Notes: generated from the letters alone by a model not told the origin. DNA of 59,317 nucleotides from Candidatus Iainarchaeum sp. (GCA_043816965.1 JBDRHK010000042.1:1-59317), one strand, 5' to 3'. Positions 45,555 through 55,363 are shown, counted from the first letter of the stretch. Translations and numbers: made by a program.

Positions 45555-45947
45555 ATGAGTAGAGTTGACCCATTGTCTGATGCACTGACAAACATAAAGA
45601 ACCATGAAACTGCATCAAAAAAGGTCTGTTTAATCAGGCCTGCGTCAAAACTCCTTGGGGAGGTTTTGAGGGTAATGCAGGAAAAGGAATACATCAGCAC
45701 CTATGAATTCATAGATGACGGCAGGGACGGAATGTACAAGATTCATTTGCTTGGGAAGATAAACTCCTGCCAGGCAATAAAGCCCCGCTATGCCGTTAGA
45801 AAGAATGAGTTTGAGAAATATGAGAAAAGGTATCTTCCATCAAAAGATGTTGGGACCTTGATTGTTACAACGCCTAACGGGGTTATTACCCACAGGGACG
45901 CAAAGAAGAACCTGAGTGGAGGAAGGCTTATAGCTTTTGTTTTTTAG
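45555..45947 (+). CDS. rps8: ribosomal protein uS8
   Basis: ATG at 45555 (MSRVDPLSDALTNIKNHE), preceded by aggaggtg. Confidence 0.93.
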   Translation: MSRVDPLSDALTNIKNHETASKKVCLIRPASKLLGEVLRVMQEKEYISTYEFIDDGRDGMYKIHLLGKINSCQAIKPRYAVRKNEFEKYEKRYLPSKDVGTLIVTTPNGVITHRDAKKNLSGGRLIAFVF

Positions 45948-45955
45948 GTGAGAAA

Positions 45956-46507
45956 ATGAATAAACCAAGTGAATTGAGAGTTGAGATTCCGGAAGATGTC
46001 CAGATAGAGATTAGTGGCAAAAAGCTTACTGTAAGCTTCCAGGGAAAGCAACTTTCAAGGGAATTCAAGTCCAATGTTATAGATTTTGCTAATGAGGGGA
46101 ATGTCCTTGTGCTTAAATCAAAGAACAGCAGGAGGAAAACCTCTGCAACCATGAATTCCATGGCTTCCCATGTAAGAAATATGGTTAGGGGCATTAAGCA
46201 TGGTTTTCAATACACCTTGGAAGCTGTATATTCCCACTTTCCTATGAATTTGACCGTTAAGAATGGTTTTGTGGAAATAAACAACCTTGCAGGCGCAAAA
46301 GCACCGCGAAGATCGAATATTGTGGGAAACACAAGTGTTGAGATTAAGGGAAACAGCATAGTGGTTAAGGGAATCGGCAAGGAAGATACAGGGCAAACAG
46401 CCGCAAACCTTGAAACAGCCACAAAGATTAGGGGAAAAGATTCGAGAATATTTCAGGACGGAATTTATATTGTTACAAAACCTACCAAGGGCCCAGGTGA
46501 GGAATAA
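45956..46507 (+). CDS. rpl6: ribosomal protein uL6
   Basis: Archaeal L6 pattern and synteny. Confidence 0.92.
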   Translation: MNKPSELRVEIPEDVQIEISGKKLTVSFQGKQLSREFKSNVIDFANEGNVLVLKSKNSRRKTSATMNSMASHVRNMVRGIKHGFQYTLEAVYSHFPMNLTVKNGFVEINNLAGAKAPRRSNIVGNTSVEIKGNSIVVKGIGKEDTGQTAANLETATKIRGKDSRIFQDGIYIVTKPTKGPGEE

Positions 46508-47097
46508 TGGCTAAGGATAAGAAACAGAGCACAGGAAAGAAAGCGCCTGTGAAGGCCATAAAAAAGGCAAATAAGGGAGTGAAGCAAAAGCCTAAGGGAA
46601 AGAAGGCTGAAAATCTTGCTGATAAGGCTGTTAAAAAGGAAATTAAAACAGAAAATAAAGAGATTAAAAAATCCGGGAAAGAGGCTTTGGCAAAAGAGAA
46701 ACCAGCCAAGAAAACTGGCGGGGAAAAAAGCAAGGATATTTTGAAGCTTCAGAGCATGATCAAGAAAAAGGTCTCTGTAAATTTCAAAGGAAGGTTTGGC
46801 CAGAGGCATACGAGAAAGAACAGGGCAAAGTGGAAAAAGTGGAGGAAGTCACGCGGAATAGACATCCAAAGGCAGCAGGAAGACGGCAAAATTCCCAGCA
46901 CAGGATATGGGGCGAGAAAAGAGATTAGGGGAATCCACCCAAGCGGCTTTAAAGAGGTTTATGTGAGAACGATTAATGACCTTTCAGGGATTAACGGCGC
47001 TTCTGCGGCAAGGCTGCAGTCAACATTGGGCGCAAGGAAAAGAAAGGAAATTATTGCAGAAGCAAGAAAGAGAAATATTAAGGTGCTTAATCGATAG
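46507..47097 (+). CDS. rpl32e: ribosomal protein eL32 with about 75-aa K-rich N-terminal extension
   Basis: Core 'W.KWRK.RG.D...........P..GYG..K..RG.HPSGF.EV.V'. Confidence 0.9.
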   Translation: MAKDKKQSTGKKAPVKAIKKANKGVKQKPKGKKAENLADKAVKKEIKTENKEIKKSGKEALAKEKPAKKTGGEKSKDILKLQSMIKKKVSVNFKGRFGQRHTRKNRAKWKKWRKSRGIDIQRQQEDGKIPSTGYGARKEIRGIHPSGFKEVYVRTINDLSGINGASAARLQSTLGARKRKEIIAEARKRNIKVLNR

Positions 47098-47102
47098 GTG
47101 AG

Positions 47103-47546
47103 ATGAAAATGGATCTGGGCAAAATCAGGAGATTGTCAGCAAGGCTGCTAAAAGTCGGCGAGAATAAGATATGGCTAAATCCGGCTGAGTCTGAGAAAAT
47201 CAAAGAGGCCCTTACAAAAGAGGACGTAAGGGGCCTTATCGCGGACAAGCTTATTAAGGCAAGGAAAGTGGCAGGCACAAGCAGGTCAAGGGCAAAGAAG
47301 CTTCAGGAAAAGAAGAAAAAGGGGCTTAAAAAAGGCCAGGGCAAAAGAACCGGGACAAAAAAAGCGCGCGTGAATAAGAAAAAGGCATGGATAAGAAATG
47401 TGAGGGCCCAAAGGGCAACACTTAAGAATATGAAAAAGAAGGAAGTTAATCTCAAGAAGAGTTACAGCAAGATTTACAAGATGATTAAGGGCGGTTATTT
47501 TAAAGGAAAAAAATACCTTGAAACCATGGCGGAGGAGAAGAAATGA
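47103..47546 (+). CDS. rpl19e: ribosomal protein eL19
   Basis: 'LSARLLKVGENKIWLNP' and a K/R-rich middle region. Confidence 0.93.
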   Translation: MKMDLGKIRRLSARLLKVGENKIWLNPAESEKIKEALTKEDVRGLIADKLIKARKVAGTSRSRAKKLQEKKKKGLKKGQGKRTGTKKARVNKKKAWIRNVRAQRATLKNMKKKEVNLKKSYSKIYKMIKGGYFKGKKYLETMAEEKK

Positions 47547-48061
47547 GCCATAAGTCAACATATGCGACTCCATTCAGGAGGAGAAAAGAACAGAAAACCA
47601 ACTACAAGAAAAGGTTAGCTCTCTTAAAATCCAAGCAGCTCAGGCTGGTGGTGAGGAAATCAAACAACAATTTAATTGCGGAGGTTGTTGAATATTTCAA
47701 GGCAGGAGACAAGACAAGGGTGTTTGTTCATTCCAATGAACTTAAGGACTTTGGCTGGACCAGGCATGCGGGAAACATACCTGCGGCATATCTAACAGGC
47801 TACCTTTGCGGGAAAAAAGCGGTTAAGGAAAAAATTGAATCAGCAATACTTGACATGGGCCTCAATACACCAGTACATGGCTCAAGAATTTTTGCCGGCC
47901 TAAAGGGCGCCATTGACGGAGGGCTTAAGATTAAGGCTGACGAGAAGGTATTCCCTTCTGGGGAAAGAATCAGGGGAGGGCATATAAGCCCGGAATCTGA
48001 GAAGAATTTCCAGGAAACACTTGAAAACATTAACAAAAAATTTGGTGAGAAAAATGAGTGA
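47543..48061 (+). CDS. rpl18: ribosomal protein uL18
   Basis: 'RRRKEQKTNYKKRL.LL.S...RLVVRKSN'. Confidence 0.93.
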   Translation: MSHKSTYATPFRRRKEQKTNYKKRLALLKSKQLRLVVRKSNNNLIAEVVEYFKAGDKTRVFVHSNELKDFGWTRHAGNIPAAYLTGYLCGKKAVKEKIESAILDMGLNTPVHGSRIFAGLKGAIDGGLKIKADEKVFPSGERIRGGHISPESEKNFQETLENINKKFGEKNE

Positions 48062-48764
48062 TCAGATGAAACAACGAGGCAGGCAGAAAAGGGAAGTTGA
48101 GCCAGACACAATAACTGACAGGGCAGAAAAGGAAAAACAGATTTTGGGATGGGTTCCCATAACTGAACTCGGGAAAAAGGTTAAAAACGGGGAACTTTTA
48201 TCGATGGAGGAATTGTTCGAAAAGAACTTCGTAATAATGGAGCCCGAAATAGTCGATATCCTTATTCCTGATCTTTTGGAAAAGCTTGTGGCATTCAAGA
48301 AAACCTCCAAAGTAAGGAGGGCAGGGAGAATGTTCGGATTCAGGGCAAGTGTGCTGGTTGGAGATGGCAACCAGTTTATTGGGCTTGGAACGGCAAGCGA
48401 CAAGGAAAGGTGGCCCGCAATAAGGAAAGCCGCCAAAAAGGCAAAACTTAGCCTTGTTAAGGTCAGGAAAGGCTGCGGAAGCTGGCAATGCACCTGCGGA
48501 ACAGGGCACAGCGTTCCTTTCAAGACTGAGGGGAAATCCTCCTCAATAAGGATAGAATTGCTTCCTGCGCCGAAAGGAACCGGCCTGGTTGTCGGGGACC
48601 ACATAAAGGATGTGCTTAGATATGTCGGGATACAGGATGTATGGAGCAAATCAAGAGGGTCAACTTCAACAACCCTTGACTTTGTTTCGGCGACTGTTGA
48701 TGCCCTTTCCAACACGGTTAAGATGCGCATTTCAGAAGATATAAAAAAGAAGGCTGTGAAGTGA
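48054..48764 (+). CDS. rps5: ribosomal protein uS5
   Basis: ATG at 48054 (MSDQMKQ). 'W.P.T.LGK.V..G', 'VLVGDGNQFIGLG', 'GTGLV'. Confidence 0.93.
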   Translation: MSDQMKQRGRQKREVEPDTITDRAEKEKQILGWVPITELGKKVKNGELLSMEELFEKNFVIMEPEIVDILIPDLLEKLVAFKKTSKVRRAGRMFGFRASVLVGDGNQFIGLGTASDKERWPAIRKAAKKAKLSLVKVRKGCGSWQCTCGTGHSVPFKTEGKSSSIRIELLPAPKGTGLVVGDHIKDVLRYVGIQDVWSKSRGSTSTTLDFVSATVDALSNTVKMRISEDIKKKAVK

Positions 48765-48769
48765 TAACA

Positions 48770-49225
48770 ATGTTTGCCGTCATAAGAATCAGGGGAAGCA
48801 TAAAGGTCCAGAAAAAGATAAATGATGCGCTGGAAATTATACGCCTTCATCGCGTAAACCATATGGTATTGATTGATGAAAAGAGCAGGAAAATGATTGA
48901 AAGGGGCAAGGATTACATAACCTTTGGGGAGATTGATGAAGGGGTATTGGCCAAGGTCCTTGAGAAATGGGGCAGGCTTCCAGGGAGAAAAAGGCTGGAC
49001 GCAGAATTCCTAAAGGAGAAGGGATTCAAGGATTTCGCTGAAATGGCAAATGCAATTATTGAAGGCAAGAAAAAAATTAAGGATTTGGAAATCAAGCCTG
49101 TTTTCAGGCTGCACCCCCCAAGAAAGGGCTTTGAAAGAAAGGGAATAAAGAAGAGCTATTCTATCGGCGGGGTTCTTGGCTATAGGGGCAAGGAAATCAA
49201 CAAGCTGATATTGAAAATGATTTAG
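48770..49225 (+). CDS. rpl30: ribosomal protein uL30
   Basis: MFAVIRIRGS... L30 pattern. ATG at 48770. Confidence 0.9.
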   Translation: MFAVIRIRGSIKVQKKINDALEIIRLHRVNHMVLIDEKSRKMIERGKDYITFGEIDEGVLAKVLEKWGRLPGRKRLDAEFLKEKGFKDFAEMANAIIEGKKKIKDLEIKPVFRLHPPRKGFERKGIKKSYSIGGVLGYRGKEINKLILKMI

Positions 49226-49235
49226 GTGTTGGAAA

Positions 49236-49691
49236 ATGGTTGAAAGGAAAAGAAAAAAGAAAAATCGCCTTTTAGGCAACAGAAGCCATGGTGCAGGCAA
49301 CACCAAAAACAGGAGAGGCGCCGGGTGCAGAGGCGGAAGGGGAAGAGCCGGAAGCCATAAGCACAAGTTCAACACACTCCACGCTACCTTTGGAATAAAG
49401 AGGAAGCTAAAGAAACAGGAGACCTTGAGGGCGGTAAACCTTGAGGAATTGGGAAAGGAAATTGAAAAACTTTCCGATGACAAGAAGATTGAAAAGAAAG
49501 GTGATTTGTTTATTGTTGACGGGAAGATTCTTAAAATCGGGAAAATTTTGGGACGGGGCAATATTTCACAAAAGATAATGGTGAAAAATTTGGCCGTTAG
49601 CAAATCCGCCGAGGATAAAATTGTTGACGCAGGCGGAGAAGTGGAGAAAGAAACAATTGAAGAAGAAACTAAGGAAGAGGACAAAGAATGA
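49236..49691 (+). CDS. rpl15: ribosomal protein uL15
   Basis: 'RGAGCRGGRGRAGSHKHK'. Confidence 0.92.
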   Translation: MVERKRKKKNRLLGNRSHGAGNTKNRRGAGCRGGRGRAGSHKHKFNTLHATFGIKRKLKKQETLRAVNLEELGKEIEKLSDDKKIEKKGDLFIVDGKILKIGKILGRGNISQKIMVKNLAVSKSAEDKIVDAGGEVEKETIEEETKEEDKE

Positions 49692-51133
49692 GTTTTATAG
49701 ATATGCTTGATCCGCTTTACGGACTTCTGCCCGAGGTAAAAAGCCCTGAGGTAAAGCCAGTTCTCAACAAAAGGCTGCTTTGGACAGGCATTGCACTTGT
49801 GCTATACTTCGTCCTCGGAAATATAATGGTTGTTGGTGTGTCGGAGGCCTCAAAGGCGCAGCTTGGCGTATTTGAATTCATTCTCGCAAGCAATATTGGA
49901 ACATTGCTTACTGTTGGAATTGGGCCTATTGTACTGGCATCAATTATCCTGCAATTGCTTGTGGGGGCAAAAATAATTGACATTGATATGTCAGATCCTG
50001 CACAAAAATCTAAATTCACTTCTCTCCAAAAACTGTTTGCAATAGTGCTTTGCCTTGTGGAGGCGGTTGTTTATTCAATGAGCGGGTTTTTGTTTCCTGC
50101 TGAAGGAATGTTTTGGATTGTGGTTGCCCAGATTGCAATAGGTGCGATTATCCTTTTGTATCTTGATGAGGTTGTATCAAAGTACGGGATAGGCTCGGGA
50201 ATCGGCCTTTTCATCGCCGCAAATGTTTCCCACATGGTATTCTGGAGGATATTCAATCCATTTGGCGCGGATGTTTTGGCAGGCGGGACAGGAGCACTTA
50301 CACTTGGTTTTGATGTTGCTCAAGGGTTCCTCTTCCTTTTCATAAGGGAACTTTCAACCACCGGCCTGTTCCAGGCATCGGTAAATTACATGTTCCCCAT
50401 ACTGGCAGCTGTAGTTGTTTTCATGGTTGTGGTATTTGCGGAAGGAATTCATGTAAACATACCAATAACCATGGGCAGGAGAGGGACTGGGGGAAGATTC
50501 CCGGTAAAATTCCTTTATGTTTCAAATATTCCTGTTATTCTGGCGATTGCGCTTTTTGCAAATGTGCAGCTTATGGCGCAGGTGGTTACAAATGCTAAGA
50601 TACCTTATCTGGATGTGGCACTTAACATTATCAGCCAATTTGTGACGCCTCCCTCCCAATTGCTGCAGACAATATTTTTAGAGGGGATTCCGGCAACAAT
50701 TTTTAATGATGTGCTTGCCACCATAGTGACCTTAAATGTTTCAGGCAGTGTTGGTTCCATGGTTGTTCAGGCATTTGTTTACCTTATCATACTTACAATC
50801 GCATGCATTATTTTCGGGAAGTTCTGGGTTGATATGGCTGGGCAGGGGCCATCCAATGTTGCTGAGCAGCTGCAAAATGCAGGAATGTCAATTCCCGGCT
50901 TCAGGCGGGACCCAAGAATAATTCAAAAGGTCCTTGAACGTTATATCCCCCCAATCACAATAATGGGCTCTGCATTTGTGGGTTTATTGGCTGGATTTGC
51001 GGATTTAACAGGTGCTTTGGGCTCTGGCACAGGAATTTTGCTTACAGTAGGAATAATTTACAGGCTTTATGAAGAACTGGCAAAGATGCAATTGATGGAG
51101 ATGCATCCACTTCTCGGGAAGCTTCTGGGGTGA
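49688..51133 (+). CDS. secY: preprotein translocase subunit SecY
   Basis: 10-TM profile, 'GIGPIVLASIILQLL', and synteny after L15. Confidence 0.95.
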   Translation: MSFIDMLDPLYGLLPEVKSPEVKPVLNKRLLWTGIALVLYFVLGNIMVVGVSEASKAQLGVFEFILASNIGTLLTVGIGPIVLASIILQLLVGAKIIDIDMSDPAQKSKFTSLQKLFAIVLCLVEAVVYSMSGFLFPAEGMFWIVVAQIAIGAIILLYLDEVVSKYGIGSGIGLFIAANVSHMVFWRIFNPFGADVLAGGTGALTLGFDVAQGFLFLFIRELSTTGLFQASVNYMFPILAAVVVFMVVVFAEGIHVNIPITMGRRGTGGRFPVKFLYVSNIPVILAIALFANVQLMAQVVTNAKIPYLDVALNIISQFVTPPSQLLQTIFLEGIPATIFNDVLATIVTLNVSGSVGSMVVQAFVYLIILTIACIIFGKFWVDMAGQGPSNVAEQLQNAGMSIPGFRRDPRIIQKVLERYIPPITIMGSAFVGLLAGFADLTGALGSGTGILLTVGIIYRLYEELAKMQLMEMHPLLGKLLG

Positions 51134-51236
51134 GGATTATGGGGAAATTGCAAAAGAACAAATATTTTAATAGTATCGGAAGGCAATTAGATACATTCCC
51201 CCTAAACTATTTGCTCAGTTTTTCGGAGGTTTTTTG

Positions 51237-51737
51237 ATGGTATTCCTTAGTCCGCAGTTTGACATTGCCGTTATTACATTTGTGCTGGCAATTGTCTCCC
51301 AAATACTGCGTAGGGTTCTAATGAATCCGTCAGAAATGAAGGTGCAGCAGGCGGCAATGAAGGAAAAACAGGGGAAGATGAAGGAACTTATGAACAAAAA
51401 TGACCATAAATCAGCAAAGGAGCTGGAGAAAATGCAGAAAGAGATGATGGAATCCATGGGCGCAATGATGTCAGGATCAATGAAACTCATGTTTGTTTCA
51501 ATGCTTATCTTCCTGCCAATTTTTTGGTTTTTGGGATCAACATATGCTGATGTTACAATTTCATTGCCAATACCAATTCCATGGTTTGGCGGGGATTTAT
51601 TGATTATGCTTTACAATGAGACCAACTTTTACGGATGGTATATACTGACTTCGCTGTTCTTCAGTATTATTCTTAATGTGGTAATTGGACAGGTTGAAAA
51701 AATGCTTAAAGGTGAGGTAAATGCCAGCGCCCAGTGA
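51237..51737 (+). CDS. DUF106 (EMC3/TMCO1/archaeal YidC-Oxa1-like) membrane protein
   Basis: TM1, then a Met/Lys-rich coiled coil 'KVQQAAMKEKQGKMKELM..KELEKMQKEMMESMGAMM', then two TMs. This is the usual position downstream of secY. Confidence 0.75.
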   Translation: MVFLSPQFDIAVITFVLAIVSQILRRVLMNPSEMKVQQAAMKEKQGKMKELMNKNDHKSAKELEKMQKEMMESMGAMMSGSMKLMFVSMLIFLPIFWFLGSTYADVTISLPIPIPWFGGDLLIMLYNETNFYGWYILTSLFFSIILNVVIGQVEKMLKGEVNASAQ

Positions 51738-52062
51738 AAAGAGCATGAAGAGAAAATTCAGGAAGACTCCTGGCGGGAGAAACGTTAGGCATAACATCAG
51801 GGGCAAGAGTTCAAAACTCACCTGCGGAAGCTGTGGAAATAACCTTCACGGGGTCCCACATGCAAAGACATCTGCAAAGGTTAAGAAGCTTGCAAAGAGC
51901 AAGAGAAGGCCAAGCGGTGCCTTTGGGGGGGTGCTTTGCGGAGGGTGCAGGGAAAGAATTGTGATTAAGGCTGCAAAGGTCAAGAACGAGGGGAAGGAAA
52001 TAACTGATATTGGAATGGGGGACAAGAAATACATCGAGCAAGCGATGAAGATTGTGGAGTGA
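51721..52062 (+). CDS. rpl34e: ribosomal protein eL34
   Basis: 'RKTPGGRNV', 'CGSCGNNLHG', 'RPSGAFGGVLCGGC'. Confidence 0.9.
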   Translation: MPAPSEKSMKRKFRKTPGGRNVRHNIRGKSSKLTCGSCGNNLHGVPHAKTSAKVKKLAKSKRRPSGAFGGVLCGGCRERIVIKAAKVKNEGKEITDIGMGDKKYIEQAMKIVE

Positions 52063-52067
52063 TTATT

Positions 52068-52307
52068 ATGGCTGGCATTGAAATAGGACAGGTTTGCATT
52101 AAAACAAGGGGAAGGGAAGCTGGAAAGAAGGCTGTTGTTATTCAGGTTAAGAGTGACAATGCTGTCCTGATTGACGGCCCATCCATTAGGAAAAGGAGAT
52201 GCAATATTATGCACCTTTATTTTACAAAAGAAAAGTTGAATCTTAAGGAGAACGCCCCACATGCAGAAGTGCTTAAACAATTTGAGACGGTGACCAAGAA
52301 TGAGTGA
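52068..52307 (+). CDS. rpl14e: ribosomal protein eL14
   Basis: MAGIEIGQVCIKTRGREAGKKAVV (KOW), 79 aa. Confidence 0.85.
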   Translation: MAGIEIGQVCIKTRGREAGKKAVVIQVKSDNAVLIDGPSIRKRRCNIMHLYFTKEKLNLKENAPHAEVLKQFETVTKNE

Positions 52308-52902
52308 TGAAGAAAAGAAATCAGGAAAAGAAATCAGGTATATTGTGAGGATTGCAAACAAGGATCTTAACGGGAACCTTCCCATATGCCAGGCAATCAT
52401 CGGGCTAAGGGGCATAGGCCATAGGACAGGGAGGATAATTGCCGCGGCATTCGAAGACAAGTCAGGGATAAAATACAACATAAAACTCGGAGATATTCCT
52501 GAGGAAAAGGACAAAGAATTGGAGGATATTGTGATTAACCCGCAAAATTACGGGATTCCATCATGGACTTTCAATAAGCAGAAAGAATATGAGTCTGGAG
52601 AGAATATCCATTTGGTTATGGGGGATCTTGAATTCTCCCTGAGAAAGGATTTGCAGAGGCTTAAGGAGATAAAATCATACAGGGGTTTCAGGCATACCTG
52701 GGGCCTGCCTTTGAGAGGCCAGAAAACCAAAAGCACCCATAGGGGCAAGGGCGGAACTGTCGGGGTTATCAAGAAGGACGCCAAGGGCGGGAAATCTGCG
52801 GCTTCCGGAGCCGCAGGGGTCAAAGCTGGCGGCAGCGCCAAAACTGGCGATAGTGGCAAGGCTGGCGGCGGTGCCAAAACTGGGGGAAATAAGAAAAAAT
52901 AG
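52300..52902 (+). CDS. rps13: ribosomal protein uS13 with Gly/Ala/Lys-rich C-terminal tail
   Basis: 'IVRIANKDLNG', 'YRGFRH.WGLPLRGQKTKST'. The tail is GGKSAASGAAGVKAGGSAKTGDSGKAGGGAKTGGNKKK. Confidence 0.93.
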   Translation: MSDEEKKSGKEIRYIVRIANKDLNGNLPICQAIIGLRGIGHRTGRIIAAAFEDKSGIKYNIKLGDIPEEKDKELEDIVINPQNYGIPSWTFNKQKEYESGENIHLVMGDLEFSLRKDLQRLKEIKSYRGFRHTWGLPLRGQKTKSTHRGKGGTVGVIKKDAKGGKSAASGAAGVKAGGSAKTGDSGKAGGGAKTGGNKKK

Positions 52903-52912
52903 GTGAACTAAA

Positions 52913-53650
52913 ATGGGCGATACAAGGAAAACCAAAAAACATTATGCTTCCCCTAAAAAAAGGTGGGATAAAACCAGAATAGAGTCTGAAAAGAGCGTTA
53001 TAGAAATCTATGGCCTGAAAAACAAGAGAGAATTGAGGAGAATTGAAACAATCCTCAGGGCGAAAAGGGATAATGGAAGAAAACTTCTTGCCTTTGATGC
53101 TGAGGAGAGGCAAAAAAGAGAGAATGAGCTTATGCAGAGCCTTAACAGGATCGGCATATTTAAGGGCCCTGCTTCATTAGATGATGTCCTCAGCCTGAAT
53201 GTGCAGGAGTTTCTGGAGAGGAGATTGCAAACCATTGTTTGGAGGAAAAACCTCGCAAAAACAATCAAGCAGGCAAGGCAGTTTATTGTCCACGGGCATA
53301 TCGCAATCAATGGAAAGAAGCTTGACTGCCCAAGTTATTTAGTGCCAATTGATGAGGAAAGCAAGATTGCCTATTTCAAACGGCCTATCGAGATGGAACC
53401 TGAAAAGGCCGAGGATAAAAAAGAGGAACTTAAAAAGAAATTCGGGGAAATGAAGAAAGAGAAAAATATGGAAGAGATTTTTGAGGAAGAAAGGGGAAAA
53501 CAAGTTGAGGAAAAGAAGGGAGAAAAAGTTGAAGAGAAAAAGGAATTCAAAGTGGAAGTAAAAGAAACTAAGGCTGATGAGCCAGAAGTGGAAAAATCTG
53601 AAAAGGATTCCAAGGAAGAAAAGAAAGATGATATTATGGAGGGGAAATGA
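52913..53650 (+). CDS. rps4: ribosomal protein uS4 with about 80-aa K/E-rich C-terminal tail
   Basis: '[12 protein letters not shown]', 'LERRLQTIV', '[16 protein letters not shown]'. Confidence 0.93.
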   Translation: MGDTRKTKKHYASPKKRWDKTRIESEKSVIEIYGLKNKRELRRIETILRAKRDNGRKLLAFDAEERQKRENELMQSLNRIGIFKGPASLDDVLSLNVQEFLERRLQTIVWRKNLAKTIKQARQFIVHGHIAINGKKLDCPSYLVPIDEESKIAYFKRPIEMEPEKAEDKKEELKKKFGEMKKEKNMEEIFEEERGKQVEEKKGEKVEEKKEFKVEVKETKADEPEVEKSEKDSKEEKKDDIMEGK

Positions 53651-53651
53651 T

Positions 53652-54041
53652 ATGTCTAAAAGAGGCGTGATTCATATTTATGCTTCCCGCAACAATACTA
53701 ATATTGTGCTTACTGATTCAACCGGCGCAGAAACCATTGCCAAATGCTCGGGCGGAATGGTTGTCAAGGCACAGCACAAGGAAGGTTCGCCCTATGCGGC
53801 AATGAAGGTTGCCGAGATTATAGCTGAAAAGGCAAGGGAAAAGGAAATTCGCGAGGTTAATGTAAGGGTTCGGGGCCAGGGAGGAATCCGTTCAAAATCC
53901 CCTGGGCAGGGAGCAGAGGCTGCAATACTTTCACTTACAAGAAACGGCCTTAGGATAAGGATGATTGAAAATGTTACCCCTGTTCCACACGATGGGTGCA
54001 GGAAAAAGAAAAGATTCAGAAGCAAAAAGGACGGAAGGTGA
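53652..54041 (+). CDS. rps11: ribosomal protein uS11
   Basis: ATG at 53652 ([16 protein letters not shown]). '[13 protein letters not shown]'. Confidence 0.93.
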   Translation: MSKRGVIHIYASRNNTNIVLTDSTGAETIAKCSGGMVVKAQHKEGSPYAAMKVAEIIAEKAREKEIREVNVRVRGQGGIRSKSPGQGAEAAILSLTRNGLRIRMIENVTPVPHDGCRKKKRFRSKKDGR

Positions 54042-54045
54042 ATGA

Positions 54046-54798
54046 ATGCTGAGTGTCAAGAAAATATATGAAAAGGACAATGTGGCGAGAATCCTCATTA
54101 AGGGGGCAGATACCGCATTTGTAAACGGCATAAGAAGAACAGTAATGAACGCCGTCCCTACCCTTGCAGTGGAAGATGTTTCAGTCTATGAGAATTCGTC
54201 AATACTCTTCGATGAATTCATTGCACAGAGAATTGGCTTTCTCCCGATAAGAACTGACCCCAAAAGATACAAAGCAGGGGAAAAAGTGACATTTATGCTG
54301 GAAAAGGAAGGCCCTGGAACTGTATACAGCAGGGACATAAAAAGCACCGACCCCAAAATCGAGATTGAACTGAAAAAAGTACCTATTCTGAAGATTAAGA
54401 AAGGGCAGAAAATCAAAATGGAGATGAAGGCCGCTGTCGGAACAGGCAGGGAACATGTAAAATGGCAGCCGGCGGTAATTTCCTATCAGGAATTGCCGAT
54501 AATTACCCTTGAGAAGGGCTGCAACCTCTGCGATAAGTGTGTGAAGGAATGCCCAAAGGGAGTGCTGGAGGTTAAGGGAAAGAAAGTTACTCTCAAGGAC
54601 CCTTACATGTGCAACCTCTGCGGGAATTGCAGAGATGTTTGCGATAAGCATGCGATAAATATTGATTACGAGAAAAATTCATTCATAATAAACATAGAGA
54701 ACCATGGCAACCTGAAAAACGCCCAGATATTTTCACTGGCGGCAGAGATATTGGATGAAAAAAACAAGGAGTTCAGGAAGATACTAAAAAGCATCTGA
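54046..54798 (+). CDS. rpoD: RNA polymerase subunit D (Rpo3) with two ferredoxin-type Cys motifs
   Basis: 'FVNGIRRTVMNAVPTLAVEDV', 'CNLCDKCVKECP' and 'CNLCGNCRDVCD'. Confidence 0.9.
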   Translation: MLSVKKIYEKDNVARILIKGADTAFVNGIRRTVMNAVPTLAVEDVSVYENSSILFDEFIAQRIGFLPIRTDPKRYKAGEKVTFMLEKEGPGTVYSRDIKSTDPKIEIELKKVPILKIKKGQKIKMEMKAAVGTGREHVKWQPAVISYQELPIITLEKGCNLCDKCVKECPKGVLEVKGKKVTLKDPYMCNLCGNCRDVCDKHAINIDYEKNSFIINIENHGNLKNAQIFSLAAEILDEKNKEFRKILKSI

Positions 54799-54865
54799 AG
54801 GAGCATATATGGGAAAGAATTCATTTTCAAAGGAAAGCCTGAGGGTCCTGTTCTCTTAAGGGGAT

Positions 54866-54949
54866 GCAGGGGTACCCAAGCGGCCAACGGGGCGGGACTT
54901 AAGATCCCGTGGCTTAGTGCCTTCGGGGGTTCGAATCCTCCTCCCTGCA
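54866..54949 (+). tRNA. tRNA-Leu (anticodon UAA), class II with long variable arm; no encoded CCA
   Basis: Acceptor GCAGGGG/TCCCTGC. Anticodon stem CGGGA/TCCCG with loop CTTAAGA. T-arm GGGGG-TTCGAAT-CCTCC, and a 15-nt variable arm. Confidence 0.9.
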
Positions 54950-54985
54950 TGATGGCTGTCCTTTGATTTTAGAAAAGTGATTTTT

Positions 54986-55354
54986 ATGAAAAAAGCATTA
55001 CGAACAAAAAAATCTTCCAGGGAACTGGTGGTAAACCTTGAAAAAAGGAGCAAGCATGATAAAACAGACTTTTGGCTAGATATCGCAAAGAGGATTTCAA
55101 AGCCCGCAAGAAACGAGCCAAAGGTCAACTTATGGAAGCTTTCAAAGATTTCGGCGAAGAACAAGGGAAAAACACTGGTTGTTGCAGGAAAAGTCCTGGG
55201 AACCGGAGATATTGAAAATGGCATATCTATTGCCGCACTTTCATTTTCAGAAACCGCGAGGAAAAAGATTAAAGAATCCAAGGGAACTGTTCTTTCATTG
55301 GCAGAGCTTGCAGATTCCAAAATTAATGTATCGGAGATAGTAATTGTAGCTTAG
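54986..55354 (+). CDS. rpl18e: ribosomal protein eL18
   Basis: ATG at 54986 (MKKALRTKK). 'VVAGKVLGTG' and synteny before L13. Confidence 0.88.
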   Translation: MKKALRTKKSSRELVVNLEKRSKHDKTDFWLDIAKRISKPARNEPKVNLWKLSKISAKNKGKTLVVAGKVLGTGDIENGISIAALSFSETARKKIKESKGTVLSLAELADSKINVSEIVIVA

Positions 55355-55363
55355 GTGGTATGA

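Noticed and set aside
51134-51233. Gap after secY where adenylate kinase normally sits, checked for an adk remnant or pseudogene
   Set aside because: The gap is only 100 nt, and no reading frame resembles the Adk P-loop (GxPGxGKGT). It looks like a clean deletion or an ancestral absence.
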